46,976 bases of DNA from Scyliorhinus canicula (taxonomy: Eukaryota), in contig NW_024055665.1 in the NCBI RefSeq assembly GCF_902713615.1, positions 248,001-294,976 on the forward strand, given 5' to 3'. The stretch's first letter is position 1. Every line of letters starts with the position of its first letter. Under the pieces are notes generated by a model that was given only the letters and a program-made list of their open reading frames with translations, ran no database searches and was not told the origin of the DNA. Positions 33,341-44,655 of the stretch are shown piece by piece. A program made the position numbers and the translations under genes.

Positions 33341-33478
33341 GTGAGAAGATTCAATCCACTCACCCTTCAAACCGGCAGAAGCCTTTTTAAAACCATAAAT
33401 GCTTGATTGATTAAAAACTCTAACATCAATGTCCCAGATCATAAACATCTGCTTCATCATTTTATCTCTGTTTTACAG

Positions 33479-33487
33479 ATCAAGTGA
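33479..33487 (+). CDS. IGHM: IgM TM2 exon (I-K-stop)
   Basis: Acceptor CTCTGTTTTACAG at 33478 then ATC AAG TGA. Confidence 0.88.
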   Translation: MK

Positions 33488-33885
33488 TCGGTTGACGTTC
33501 AGACGCTGTAGATTTTCCTCAGCTGTTTATTATGATCTGTGTGTGACAGAAATACAATATCTCCTCTTGGTGACTCGAATAGTAAAATTCTCTCAGTTTA
33601 TTATTCTGCATCTGTAACTGAGACAATCATGGACAGTATTTCTGCTTTCAGTTTGAAATGTACGAGACATAATTGTATTATAATTGTAGCTAATAATTTC
33701 CCTCAATGTCACGTCTAAATAAGTAACTTATCTTGTTCCTTATATAACTGTTGCCTTCCCTTTATGTTGAGCTCCTGTTCTCTCTTGTGCCTGTTACAGT
33801 TGTACACACATTTGGCAGCTCAGAGGGCATGTGTTCTGTTCTCACTGTGACCCTCAATCGCTATGTTCTCTTTTGTAAACATCAA

Positions 33886-33891
33886 AATAAA
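33886..33891 (+). terminator. Probable membrane-form polyadenylation signal
   Basis: AATAAA about 400 bp after the TM2 stop, followed by T/GT-rich sequence. Confidence 0.6.
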
Positions 33892-34691
33892 CTTTTGTGT
33901 AATATTTTCTCAGAAATTTTAATTAACATTGAATGAAAAATGAAGAAAGTAAGACTTTGCTGAACTCATTTCTCTCAGGTCCATCGGCACTGATCCTTTT
34001 CCCCGATTATACAGTTGTCTCCCCTTTCCCAGACAGATATTCCTCACCAGTCCTGTCTGGGATGTGTCTGAACTTAAGGCCCCTCAGTGAAAGAGCCACT
34101 GCGCCACCAAGCGGCCCATCCAGGTAAAGCCAACTTCACCTCTGCCTATTTATGGTAAACTGCAGAGATAGAATGCCAGCTGAAGAATTCCACAGATTCA
34201 CTACCCTCTGATGGAAGAATATCTCCTCATTTCTGTCCTAAATTTGAGACCCCTCACTCTTAGATTATGCCCTGTCGTGCTAGACTCTCCCACAAGAGGA
34301 AACAAGATGATTTTTCAGGCTGTGTAACTGGTTAAAGCTCTTTCCACAGTCAGTTCACTGGAACACTCCCACTCAGATGTGTGTGTGTGTCGGGGCTTTT
34401 CCAGTCACACTGATGTTTGAAATCGCTTCCCACAGTCAGAACAGACAAGCACATTGACAGTTTGTGATATTTAGATCATAATGAATTGAGTGACTGTCAG
34501 GTCTTGATGTTAAATTTGGTTGGAGTTGCCCAGCTGCCAATCCTCCCATTCAGATGTCTGAAATAGGTTTCCAAAAATGATCACTGTTAGAATGGGTTAG
34601 AAATTCACAACAGATCATTCTGGTTTCTATCGAACCTTCTTTCTGCTCTTGCTTTCCCCAAGCCTGTGGTCCAGTCAAAATAAACGACCTA

Positions 34692-34899
34692 AAGGGGCTG
34701 GTTTAGCTCAAGGGGCTGGTTTAGCTCACAAGGCTAAATCGCTGGCTTTTAAAGCAGACCAAGCAGGCCAGCAGCACGGTTCGATTCCTGTACCAGCCTC
34801 CCCGGACAGGCGCCGGAATGTGGCGACTAGGGGCTTTTCACAGTAACATCATTGAAGCCTACTCGTGACAATAAGCGATTTTCATTTCATTTCATTTCA
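34692..34899 (+). mobile_element. tRNA-derived SINE with duplicated 18-bp head and (TTCAT)n tail
   Basis: AGGGGCTGGTTTAGCTCA twice (34693-34728), B box ggttcgattcc, tail ttcatttcatttcatttca. Confidence 0.9.
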
Positions 34900-35091
34900 A
34901 ATCAGCCAAAAGCCCCATCAAAAGTGTAGGGTTCCCAGTGTCTCTGAAACACTCTGTCCGCTGAGGTAGCCACTGGGTGTGGAAGGTGTCAAACATTCCG
35001 GTGGATACCACATGCTCCCTCTTCAGGGCCACTGGGAATAGACAAGACCACGGAACAGAAGTCGGCAGCCAGAGTAATCACCACCCCCTCC

Positions 35092-35376
35092 ATAATAATA
35101 ATCTTTATTGTCACATGTAAGCTTACACGTGAAAAGCCCCTAGTTGCCGCATTCCGGCGCGCGTTTGGATACACAGAGGGAGAATTCAGAATTCAGAATG
35201 TCCAATTCACCAAACAGCACGTCTTTCGGGACTTGTGGGAGGAAACAGGAGCACCCGAGGAAACCCACGGGATGAACGTGCAGACTCCACACAGACAGTG
35301 ACCCAATCTGTGCATCGAATCTGGGACCGTGGAGCTGTGAAGCAACATTGCTATCCACTTTGCTACCATGCCACCC
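35092..35376 (-). mobile_element. tRNA-derived SINE
   Basis: Same core and tail as 15443-15758; reverse-complement head gctatccactttgctaccatgccacc. Confidence 0.85.
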
Positions 35377-35715
35377 ATCCCACCCAGCTACAATGCAGTG
35401 TATTAATCAGACCCAAGAGTAGATTGAAGATGTCACGTTGGGCACAAGGATACTAGATATTATAGACTGTAAGATCCACAAACTCTGCCAAGGTGGCTGC
35501 AACTTAACATGTTATTATGGACATTAAACTGTGGGCAATAGTCGATGCTGTGACCCATATTTAGTTGAACACGGACCTGCATAAGGAAAATTTACAGCCA
35601 CCTGTGAAGTTTAAATGTCTCGTTGTGTCAGGATGAACCAGCATTTGAGGAATATGAAATCTCTGGACTGTTGGTCTCCAAGTGCCATATTGAACACAGG
35701 AGAATGAGCTCGAAT

Positions 35716-38250
35716 TGGGATTGGATTGGATTGGATTGGATTTGTTTATTGTCACGTGTACCGAGGTACAGTGAAAAGTATTTTTCTGCAAGCAGCTCAA
35801 CAGATCATTCAGTACATTGGAAGAAAGGGAATTGAACAGAATTCAAGAAAGTACATGAGAATACATAATAGGGCTACACAATATATACAATGTAACTACA
35901 TAAGCATTGGCATCGGATGAAGCAGACAGGGTGTAGTATTAATGAGGACAGTCCATAAAAGGGTCGTTTAGGAGTCTGGTGACAGTGGGGAAGAAGCTGT
36001 TTTTGAGTCTGTTCGTCCGTGTTCTCAGACTTCTGAATCTCCTGCCCGATGGAAGAAGTTGGAAAAGTGAGTAAGCCGGGTGGGAGGGATCCTTGATTAT
36101 GCTGCCTGCTTTCCCCCGGCAGCGGGAGGTGTAGATGGAATCGATGAATGGGAGGCAGGTTCGTGTGATGGACTGGGCGGTATTCACGACTCTCTGAAGT
36201 TCCTTGCGGTCCTGGGCCGAGCAGTTGCCATACCAGGCTGTGATGCAGCCCGAGAGGATGCTCTCTATAGTGCATCTGTAAAAGTTGGTAAGGGTTAATG
36301 TGGACATGCCAAATTTCCTTAGTTTCCTGAGGAAGTAAAGGCGCTGTTGTGCTTTCTTGGTGATAGCGTCGACATGAGTGGACCAGGATAGATTTTTGGT
36401 GATGTGCACCCCTAGGAATTTGAAGCTGCTCACCATCTCTACCTCAGCTCCGTTGATGCTGACAGGGGTGTGTACAGTACTATGCTTCCTGAAGTCGATG
36501 ACCAGCTCTTTAGTTTTGCTGGCATTAAGGGAGAGATTGTTGTCATTGCACCACTCCACTAGGTTCTCTATCTCCCTCCTGTATTCAGACTCGTCGTTGT
36601 TCGAGATCCGGCCCACTATGGTTGTATCGTCAGCAAACTTGTAGATGGAGTTGGAACCAAGTTTTGCCATGCAGTCGTGTGTGTACAGGGAGTAGAGTAG
36701 GGGGCTAAGTACGCAGCCTTGCGGGGCACCGGTGTTGAGGACTATTGTGGAGGAGGTGTTGGTGTTCATTCTTACTGACTGTGGTCTGTTGGTCAGAAAG
36801 TCAAGGATCCAGTTGCAGAGTGGAGAGCCAAGTCCTAAGTTTTGGAGCTTTGATATGAGCGTGGCTGGGATTATGGTGTTGAAGGCGGAGCTGTAGTCAA
36901 TAAATAGCAGTCTGATGTAGGAGTCCTTGTTTTCGAGATGCTCTAGGGATGAGTGTAAGGCCAGGGAAATGGCATCTGATGTGGACCGGTTGCGACGGTA
37001 TGCGAATTGAAGTGGGTCAAGGCATTCCGGGAGTATGGAGGTGATGCGCTTCATGATCAGCCTCTCAAAGCACTTCATTACAACTGACGTCAGGGCCACC
37101 GGGCGGTAGTCATTGAGGCACGTTGCCTGGTTCTTCTTTGGTACCGGTATGATGGTGGTCTTCTTGAAGCAGGTGGGGACCTCGGAGTGGAGTAGGGATA
37201 GGTTAAAGATGTCTGTGAAAACCTCTGCCAGCTGGTCCGCGCAGGTTCTGAGTGCACGACCAGGGATCCCGTCCGGGCCCATCGCCTTCCGTGGGTTCAC
37301 TTTCAGGAAGGCCGATCTGACTTCGGAAACTGTGATGGTGGGTATGGGTGAATTATGGGTTGCTGGGGCACTCGATAGCGGGTTGTTGGTTACCTGCTCA
37401 AACCGAGCATAGAATGCGTTAAGTTCATCGGGGAGGGGTGCACTGCTGCCAGAGATACTGCTCGGCTTCGCTTTGTAGCCCGTTATGTTGCTTAGTCCTT
37501 GCCACAACCGCCGAGAGTCTGTCTGTGACTCTAGCTTAGTTTGATATTCTCTCTTGGCATCTCGGATGGCTTTGCGGAGGTCGTACCTGGATTTCTTGTA
37601 TAGGACAGGGTCGTCTGCCTTGAACGCTTCAGCTCTGTCCTTCAGTAGGGAATCAACCTCGCGGTTGAGCCATGGTTTCCGGTTGGGGAACGTACGTACT
37701 GCTTTCTTTGGCACGCAGTCGTCCACACATTTGCTGATGAAGTCTGTGACGGTGGTGACATACTCATTTAAGTTAGTCGCTGAGTTCTTAAATATGGACC
37801 AGTCCACTGTCTCCAAGCAGTCACGTAAGAGCTCTTCTGTCTCCTCAGACCAGCACTGCACAACCTTCTTAGCTGGATTCTCCCGCTTGAGTTTCTGCTT
37901 GTAAGCCGGGAGAAGGAGCACAGTCTTATGGTCTGATTTCCCAAAGTGCGGTCGGGGGATGGAACGGTAGGCGCCCTTGATTTTTGAGTAGCAGTGGTCA
38001 AGAGTGTTGTCGCCCCGGGTGGTACAGGAGATGTGCTGGTGGAATTTTGGCAGTACACTCTTGAGGTTGGCTTTGTTGAAGTCTCCGGCCACAATGAACA
38101 GGGCCTCCGGATGTTCTGTTTCATGGTTGTTTATGACTGTGTACAGTTCATCCAGCGCCTTCCTCACTTCTGCCTGGGGTGGGATGTAGACCGCTGTGAT
38201 AACGGCTGAAGTGAACTCACGTGGAAGATAGTATGGGCGGCACTTTAGTA
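35716..38250 (-). mobile_element. Rex1/Babar-like non-LTR retrotransposon, 5'-truncated, with intact RT frame
   Basis: Uninterrupted ORF 35939-38284: endonuclease C-terminal remnant (VITAVYIPP, FIVAGDFN, SDH), RT motifs (DYRPVALTS, DPLQFAYR, FIDYSSAFNTI, GAPQGCVLSPLLYSLYT, FADDT, KFLGV), C-terminal KKAQQRLYFLRKL...NSFFP; (CCAAT)n tail at 35716-35740. Confidence 0.93.
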
Positions 38251-39079
38251 GATAGTATGGACAGAGATAAGCGTGAGTGAGCATCGTAAACTGCTATTGT
38301 ATCGGGGTGTTCTGGGTCTCAGAGTTTTAACCATGCAGTTAATTGTCAGGGATGCAGTATAATAAACCCTGAACAAAGCAAATGTGTGTGTGTGAGAAGC
38401 ATCTGAAGTACCAGGAACCAGCTGAACCAGCAGAGCTGAATGTCTCCCAGTGCAGCCACAGGACTGAACTTATTCCAGCTTCCAAGTCCCCCTGAGAACC
38501 AACCTCCTGGCTCTTCATCTACAAGAAGCTTCAGAGCCTCGTGAGAATTATATATTTCTAAAAACGCTTCACTCCAACTAAAGGATCAGCTAAACAAGAA
38601 GACAACTGGCCTGCAGCGATATAAAGATTGGAGGCTACGTTCCATTTTCATCATTACAGTTTCAACTTGACCTTTACCTAATTTCTGTTTGTGTCAGTGA
38701 GTGTGAAAGAGACGAGAGACTGAGATGTTCAACATCCAGGGAAATAGTGTGATAATAAATAATGTTCCATCCGTTAAAAATCACCAGTAAGCCTGTTGCT
38801 GAAATGTATTTTAAATAAAGAAATATCACCCTAATGTTAAGAAAATATCACACACACATCCTGATAATGAACTGGAAAGGACCACGAAATGTAATCAAAC
38901 GTTGTATAACCCACTTCAGGTAGCTATACAGAGGCTGCAGCCTCTCACACTGAATGTATACGGATCCATTGACACCTCCAGGCAACAAACATCCATCAGC
39001 TTCAGCCTGGGAGTGGGTGAATTTTTAAAAAACCAGTTCGCGCACTAGGACCCGGCTGGGAACAGAAACCTTCAGGTCT

Positions 39080-39240
39080 CGCCCACCAGCTGTTGCGTCG
39101 CCAAGACGCTAGCGCATGCGCTCTGCTTCTCCAAGCTGGTGGCTGTGACGCAGGGCCTGGTCCCGGGAGAGAGAGCTGACCGGCGGTCATGTGACCTGAG
39201 GATCACCACACCTCAGGCAAGGGGCCAGGTTGGGAAGGCG
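39080..39240 (+). promoter_or_regulatory. Candidate CpG-enriched promoter or first exon of the zinc-finger gene
   Basis: Perfect NRF1 palindrome GCGCATGCGC at 39112-39121 and USF/TFE-type GTCATGTGAC at 39186-39195 in a locally CpG-rich patch. The link to the ZNF gene is inferred. Confidence 0.45.
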
Positions 39241-39523
39241 GTGCCTTCAGGAATAACTGGGAAGGTGATGTTTGGTCAGTTGCTGCAGTCTGTGTAGTGA
39301 AGGTGCTGTCACAGTGGTGTGAGGTAAGGAAGTACAGGATTATCACCCAGCAATGATGAATTAAGGGGAATGTAAATCCAGCTCAGGCTGCTTTCAGATT
39401 AGAAAGGGAGCTAAGGTGTGTCCTTAGAGCTGGTGAATGTTGTGGCTTTGGCAGTTTCTCTGTAATGTCCTTCTCATTCATTCCCTCTCTTTACAGCACG
39501 GATAGAGGCTCTTTGACCCATTC

Positions 39524-39830
39524 ATTGTAATCTTTATTATTGTCACAAGTCAGCTGACATTAACACTGCAATGAAATTACTGTGAAAATCCCCTAGTCGC
39601 CACATTCCGGAGCCTGTTCTGGTACACAGAGGGAGAATTCAGAATGTCCAATTCACCTAACAGGCTCATATTTCGGGACTTGTGGGAGGAACCCGGAGCA
39701 CCCGGAGGAAACCCACACAGACACGGGGAGAACGTGCAGACTCTGCACAGACAGTGAACCAAGCTCGGAATCGAACCCGGTTCCCTGGCCCAGTGAAGCA
39801 GCAGTGCTAACCACTCTGCTATTGTGCCGG
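39524..39830 (-). mobile_element. tRNA-derived SINE (full length)
   Basis: Same family as 15443; reverse-complement A box gtgctaaccact and B box ggaatcgaacc. Confidence 0.88.
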
Positions 39831-39949
39831 CCAGAAGATTATTAGATTACCAGGTCTGAATGAATTGTGTCCCAGGATGCTGTGGGAGGCGAGGGAGAGA
39901 TTTCAGAAGCTCTGACCCAAAGTTTTAACGACAAATTTGGCCTGTTTTC

Positions 39950-40330
39950 ACCAAAATTTAGACATTTTAGGTGTGATCTGATTGAAGTATTTAAGATATT
40001 AAAAGGGAAAGACAGGGTAGATAAAGATAAACTATTTCCACTGATTGGAGATTCTAAAACTCAGGACTATTGTCTAAAACAATTAGGGCTGGACCGTTCA
40101 GGAGAGGTGTTAGAAAGAACGTCTTCACACACAGGGTGGGAGAGGTTTCGAACTCTCTCCCACAAACAGCAAGTGAAGCTGGATCAGTTATTATGTTTAA
40201 CTCTGAGGTAGAGTTTTGTTGAGCAAAGATATTCATGGATATGGAGTTCGGTCACAGATCAGCCATGATCTCACTAAATGGCAGGACAGGCTCGAGGGAC
40301 TGAATGGCCTACTCCTGTCACTATGTGTAT
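39950..40330 (+). mobile_element. CR1-like LINE 3' end
   Basis: RCDLIEVFKILKGKDRVDKDKLFPLIGDSKT in ORF 39867; 3' hairpin cagccatgatctcactaaatggc...gaatggcctactcctg and tatg tail. Confidence 0.8.
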
Positions 40331-40334
40331 TTCT

Positions 40335-41700
40335 GTGATTCTGAAATTCAGACAACACCATAACAGGAAAAGAGTCCGGAGTAGAACCTGAGTTAGTCCG
40401 AGCTGCAAACCATCCCTCCAGATCCTTGCCCTTCATGGATTTAATAAAGACCAAGGCAATAGTTGGATTATTGAAAGACTTGACGGAGTTGTTGGATACC
40501 GTTTTTCGGGTTGCAGGGTAAAGCCTGACGTAATTCACTCCCCACAGCCTTGAGCTGCCTTTGAACTTCATCGAAGCCTCGACGCTTTGTGTTGCTGCCG
40601 CAAAGTCCTGGAAGGAGTAAATCCTCACTCCTTCCTGGGGCCAGGTGCTACCTCGCTGTTCCCCCTCCAGGACATTCTCTCAATTTGTGGAAGTGAATGA
40701 TTACAGGCCTGGGATGAAAACTATCCCTCGGCTTCAAAGACCGATGCACACTTTCTAATTTGAAATGCCCAGGCTTCATATCCAGCTTGAGAAAACGTGG
40801 CAGTCGGTCCTTGAAGTACCTAACGGGAGTCTTACCCTCCACACTAAATGGACAGAAAATAACATCATTATGGGCAGCACGCTAGCACAGTTGCTTCACA
40901 GCTCCAGGGTCACAGTTTCGATTCCCGGCTTGGCTCACTGTCTGTCTGGAATCTGCACGTTCTCCCCGTGGCTGCGCAGGTTTACTCCGGGTGCTCCGGT
41001 TTCCTCCCACAGTCCAAAGATGTCCAGGTTAGGTGGATTGGCCATGACAAATATCCCTTAGTGCCCAAATAACAGGTGGGGTTACTGGGTTATGGGGATG
41101 GGGTGGAGGTATGGGTTTGGGTGGGGTGCTGTTTCCAAGGCGCAGACTCGATGGGCCGAGTGGCCTCCTTCTGCGCTGTCAATTCTATGATGACCATCGG
41201 ACAGGCCGACGACTCGGATGTTCTTTCTCCGACCCTCGATCCTCCAAGTCCTTCCTCCAGGACCTCCGCCAGCAACTCGGCTGGTTTTCAAAGGATTGAA
41301 TTCTTGCCTCCGTCAAGGAGGCATCTTGCTGAATGTTCAGGATTCTCTCCTCCAGATCATCGAACCTCTTCATGGCGTTTTGCAGCTGGGCCGCATGAGC
41401 TCACAGATATTGAGTCAGCACACTCAGCCTCTGGTCAAAACCACGGATAATGTCGGCAGTCATCATTTTCGCCGCCTCCCAGAGAGCCCCGGAGAGCGGG
41501 GGGTCGAGAGACCTCCCGAGGGTCAGGCCGCCATGGTGAAAAGGCGGCTTCATTCCCGCTGAATCCACCTGCGCTGTTTATCGATGATTTCTTCACTTTT
41601 TCCAGCATAATCCTACCAGACCAAACCCCGAGTCTTCCAGGGACACGATAACAAATATTAATTCAAGGATTAGGGAGATGAGTGCCGGGCAATCAAGATA
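40335..41700 (-). mobile_element. Degenerate L1-clade ORF1 region, split by a SINE
   Basis: Coiled-coil (FDDLEERILNIQQ), GRRKNIRVVGL-SDG, VEGKTP..F...L, VHRSL.P...PRPVIIHFH, IYSFQDFA: L1 ORF1p (Transposase_22-type) motifs across frameshifts. Confidence 0.75.
40871..41191 (+). mobile_element. HE1-like SINE inserted in L1 ORF1
   Basis: gggcagcacg head, gtttcgattcc B box, gatgggccgagtggcctccttctgcgctgtcaattctatga 3' end. Confidence 0.88.
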
Positions 41701-41769
41701 AGTGTCAGATTATAGGTTAGTGGCACCAGAACCTGTGGAAAAGCAGCTACTCCTGGACCCGTATCACAT

Positions 41770-42110
41770 GCCTGACAGCCCCCACCCCGAGCCACAGACA
41801 GATTTCTGATTGAGGGTGTGGAGGGTTATGGGGAACAGGCAGGTAAATGGAGAGAAAGCTGAGATGAGGAGGGATTTCTTTGTTTGAGGATGTGGTGAAG
41901 GTTTGGAATTCTCGACCTCCGAGGATTCAAGAGCTTCAGTCATCAAGTATTTTCAAGACACAGACTGATAGGTTTCTAGATATTCAAGAGGTCAAGGGAC
42001 ATGAGGATAGTGTGGGGAAAATGGTGCTGAGGTAGATCGGCCAATGATCCCATTGAATGGTTCAGGTTTGATGGGCCGAATGGCTGACTGCAGCTCATAT
42101 TTGTTCTGAT
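41770..42110 (+). mobile_element. CR1-like LINE 3' end (degenerate)
   Basis: gtttggaattctc...tttcaagacacagactgataggtttctaga...gatcccattgaatgg...gatgggccgaatggctgactgcagctc. Confidence 0.65.
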
Positions 42111-42705
42111 CTCCTGGACGGGAAGCTGTGAGTTTGGATCTGTCAGTCAATTAATCAGCACCTTCAGGAGAATTGGGAGGGTGAATATTAGATACAGCAG
42201 AGTGAGAATAGAGGGAGAGTGTGTGGGATGGAAATTTGCAGCTTTCGGGGAATAAGAGAAAGGAAAGAATGTGACATAGAAACTAGAATTGTCTGTTTCT
42301 ACCCTGTACTGACAGTGATGAATTTTGTAAATTGTTTTTACAGGATATTAGACAAGGAGGAATTACAGACAGAAATCTCAAAAGTCACGTCTCGATCTGA
42401 TAGTCACTCAATTCCTTAGAACCTGAATATCATCGGCCTTTGAATCAAGAAGGTGAAATGTTTACCGGAACTGTCAGCTAAAGATTTCAAACATCAGTGT
42501 GACTGGAAAAGCACCGAGACCCACACAACACACACCCAAGTGAGAGTGTTCCAGTGAACTGACTGTGGAAAGAGCTTTAACCAGTTACACAGCCTGAAAA
42601 AACATCACACTATCCACAGCGTGTAAAGACTGTACCCGTGTTGTGTGTGTGTGGATGAGGCTTCAACTGATCATCCGGCCTGGAGAGAGACGAGGAGACC
42701 AAAAC

Positions 42706-43356
42706 ATGGAGAAACCGTGGAAATGTGAGGACTGTGGGAAGGGATTCCAAGCCCCATCTCAGGTGGAGATTCATATACGCAGTCACACTGGGGAGAGGCC
42801 GTTCACCTGCTCTGGGTGTGGGAAGGGATTCACTCAGTTATCCAGCCTGCAGACACACCAGCGAGTTCACACTAGGGAGAGGCCGTTCACTTGCTCTCAG
42901 TGTGGGAAGGGATTCAGTGATTCATCGGGCCTGTGGAAGCATCAGCGAGTTCACACTGGGGAGAGGGTGTTCACCTGCTCCCAGTGTGGGAAGGGATTCA
43001 GTCATTTATTCAACCTGCAGACACACCAGCGAGTTCACTCTGGGGAGAGGCCATTCACCTGCTCTCAGTGTGGGAAAGGATTTACTCACATTTCCCACCT
43101 GCAGAGCCACCAGCGAGTTCACACTGGGGAGAGGCCATTCACCTGCTCTCCGTGTGGGAAAGGATTCACTCAGTTATCTCACCTGCAGACACATCAGCAA
43201 GTTCACACTGGGGAAAGGCCATTCATCTGCTCTCAGTGTGGGAAAGGATTTACTCAGTTATCCACCCTGCGGAGACATCAGCGAGTTCACACTGGGGAGA
43301 CGTCGTCCACCTCTCAATGTGAGACGGGATTGCATGTTTCACCACACTTGCTGTGA
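42706..43356 (+). CDS. C2H2 zinc-finger protein, 7 intact fingers (gastrula/oocyte ZNF-like)
   Basis: [14 protein letters not shown]...H then six [15 protein letters not shown]...HQRVH-type repeats; ATG in AACATGG context; probable exon acceptor TTTTTACAG at 42343. Confidence 0.88.
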   Translation: MEKPWKCEDCGKGFQAPSQVEIHIRSHTGERPFTCSGCGKGFTQLSSLQTHQRVHTRERPFTCSQCGKGFSDSSGLWKHQRVHTGERVFTCSQCGKGFSHLFNLQTHQRVHSGERPFTCSQCGKGFTHISHLQSHQRVHTGERPFTCSPCGKGFTQLSHLQTHQQVHTGERPFICSQCGKGFTQLSTLRRHQRVHTGETSSTSQCETGLHVSPHLL

Positions 43357-43822
43357 CACCAACAATTTCACAATTGATTACAGGGGTTGGATTCTGCTGT
43401 TACTGTTTCTGCTCCGCACCCAGGGCTTAATTTTGTTAATTCTGACAGGTGGTCAGTGGGGATGGTCGGAGGGTTTCTTTCTGCTGGACTGGCCGGTCTC
43501 ACCACTTTGCCTCCAGTGGGCTGATGCTCTTTGAGCTTTGTTGCTACAACCTGGCTTCAAATTGCACAAGGATCACAGAGTGAAAGGGTGTTTGCAAGTG
43601 TGAAGATATTTAGTTTCCATTTCTGTTTCAAACCCCCCAAAGCGTGCCACGTTGCCATGGAGATGGGCCCTGGTGTTTACATGGTTAATTTGTTTAAGTT
43701 ATCTGGATGTCTCTCACAGAAGAAAACTATCCGGGTATGAGGGGCAAGATGTCTGAGGTGGACTGGGAAACTGATTGGTACAGGGACTACCTAATGGTTA
43801 AGGAATTATTACATATTTAACA

Positions 43823-44040
43823 GGGGTCGGTTAGCTCAGTTGGCTGGACGGCTGGTTTGGGGCCAACAGAGAGGATTCAACTCCTGTACTGGCTGAGTTT
43901 ATTCATGAAGGCCCGGCCTTCTCAGCCTGGCCCCTCGCCTGAGGTGTGCTGACCCTCAGCTTAAATCAGCTCCAGTCAGCTCTCTCTCTCTGTCAATGGC
44001 GAGAGCAGCCTATAGTCCTCTGGGATTTTTGCAACTTTTA
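43823..44040 (+). mobile_element. tRNA-derived SINE, same family as 23603-23800
   Basis: A box TAGCTCAGTTGG at 43832-43843, ggattcaactcc B-box-like, shared body with the 23603 copy. Confidence 0.82.
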
Positions 44041-44059
44041 TTTCACACATATACCACAA

Positions 44060-44521
44060 ATATAGATTCCTTTAAGGAACAAAAATCCAACAGGAAAAAT
44101 GATGTAACCGTGGCTAACAAGAAAAGTTAAAAGATTCCATGAGATCCATTAGAATTCAGCAAAGGAGGATCAAGAAACCGATGAGAGCAAACTGGTGAGA
44201 AACATAAAAACCGACTGGAAAAGCTTTGACAAGAATGTGAAAAGGAAAAGATTAGCAAAGACCAATGTGGGTCCATTCCAGGCAGAGACAGGAGAGTTTA
44301 TAATGGGGAGTAAGGACATGGCAGAGAAACTGAACAATGTGTGTCTGTCTTCACAGAGGAAGATACAGAAATTGTCCCCAAAACACCAGAGAACCAAGGG
44401 ACTGGCAGAGATTAGTATTGGTGAAAAAGTAGTACTGGAGAAATTAATGGGGTTGGAAGTGAATAAATCCCCAAAAGCTGATGATCTGCATCCCAGAGTG
44501 TTGAACAAGGTGGCTGTAGAG
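44060..44521 (+). mobile_element. CR1-like LINE ORF2 fragment upstream of RT
   Basis: ORF 44195: NIKTDWKSF...KRKRLAKTNVGP...EFIMG.KDMAEKLN...LEKLMGL..NKSP..DDLHPRVL. Confidence 0.85.
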
Positions 44522-44655
44522 ATCTCTATTCCTCATTCTAAATTCTCCTGACTCTATCTGGAATGGACAAATCCTTTGTCTGAGCCAAACGTTTCCTTTT
44601 TACGTAGTCATAGAAACGTTTACAATCCATTTTTATGTATTTTGCTAGTTCACAT
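44522..44655 (-). mobile_element. CR1-like fragment in inverted orientation
   Basis: Reverse complement aactagcaaaatacataaaaaatggattgtaaacgtttctatgactacgtaaaaaggaaacg...gtccattccagatagagtcaggagaattt parallels 44187-44320. Confidence 0.65.

Noticed and set aside
42725-43534. Alternative-frame ORFs overlapping the zinc fingers
   Set aside because: Typical off-frame readings of the repetitive 84-bp finger unit.
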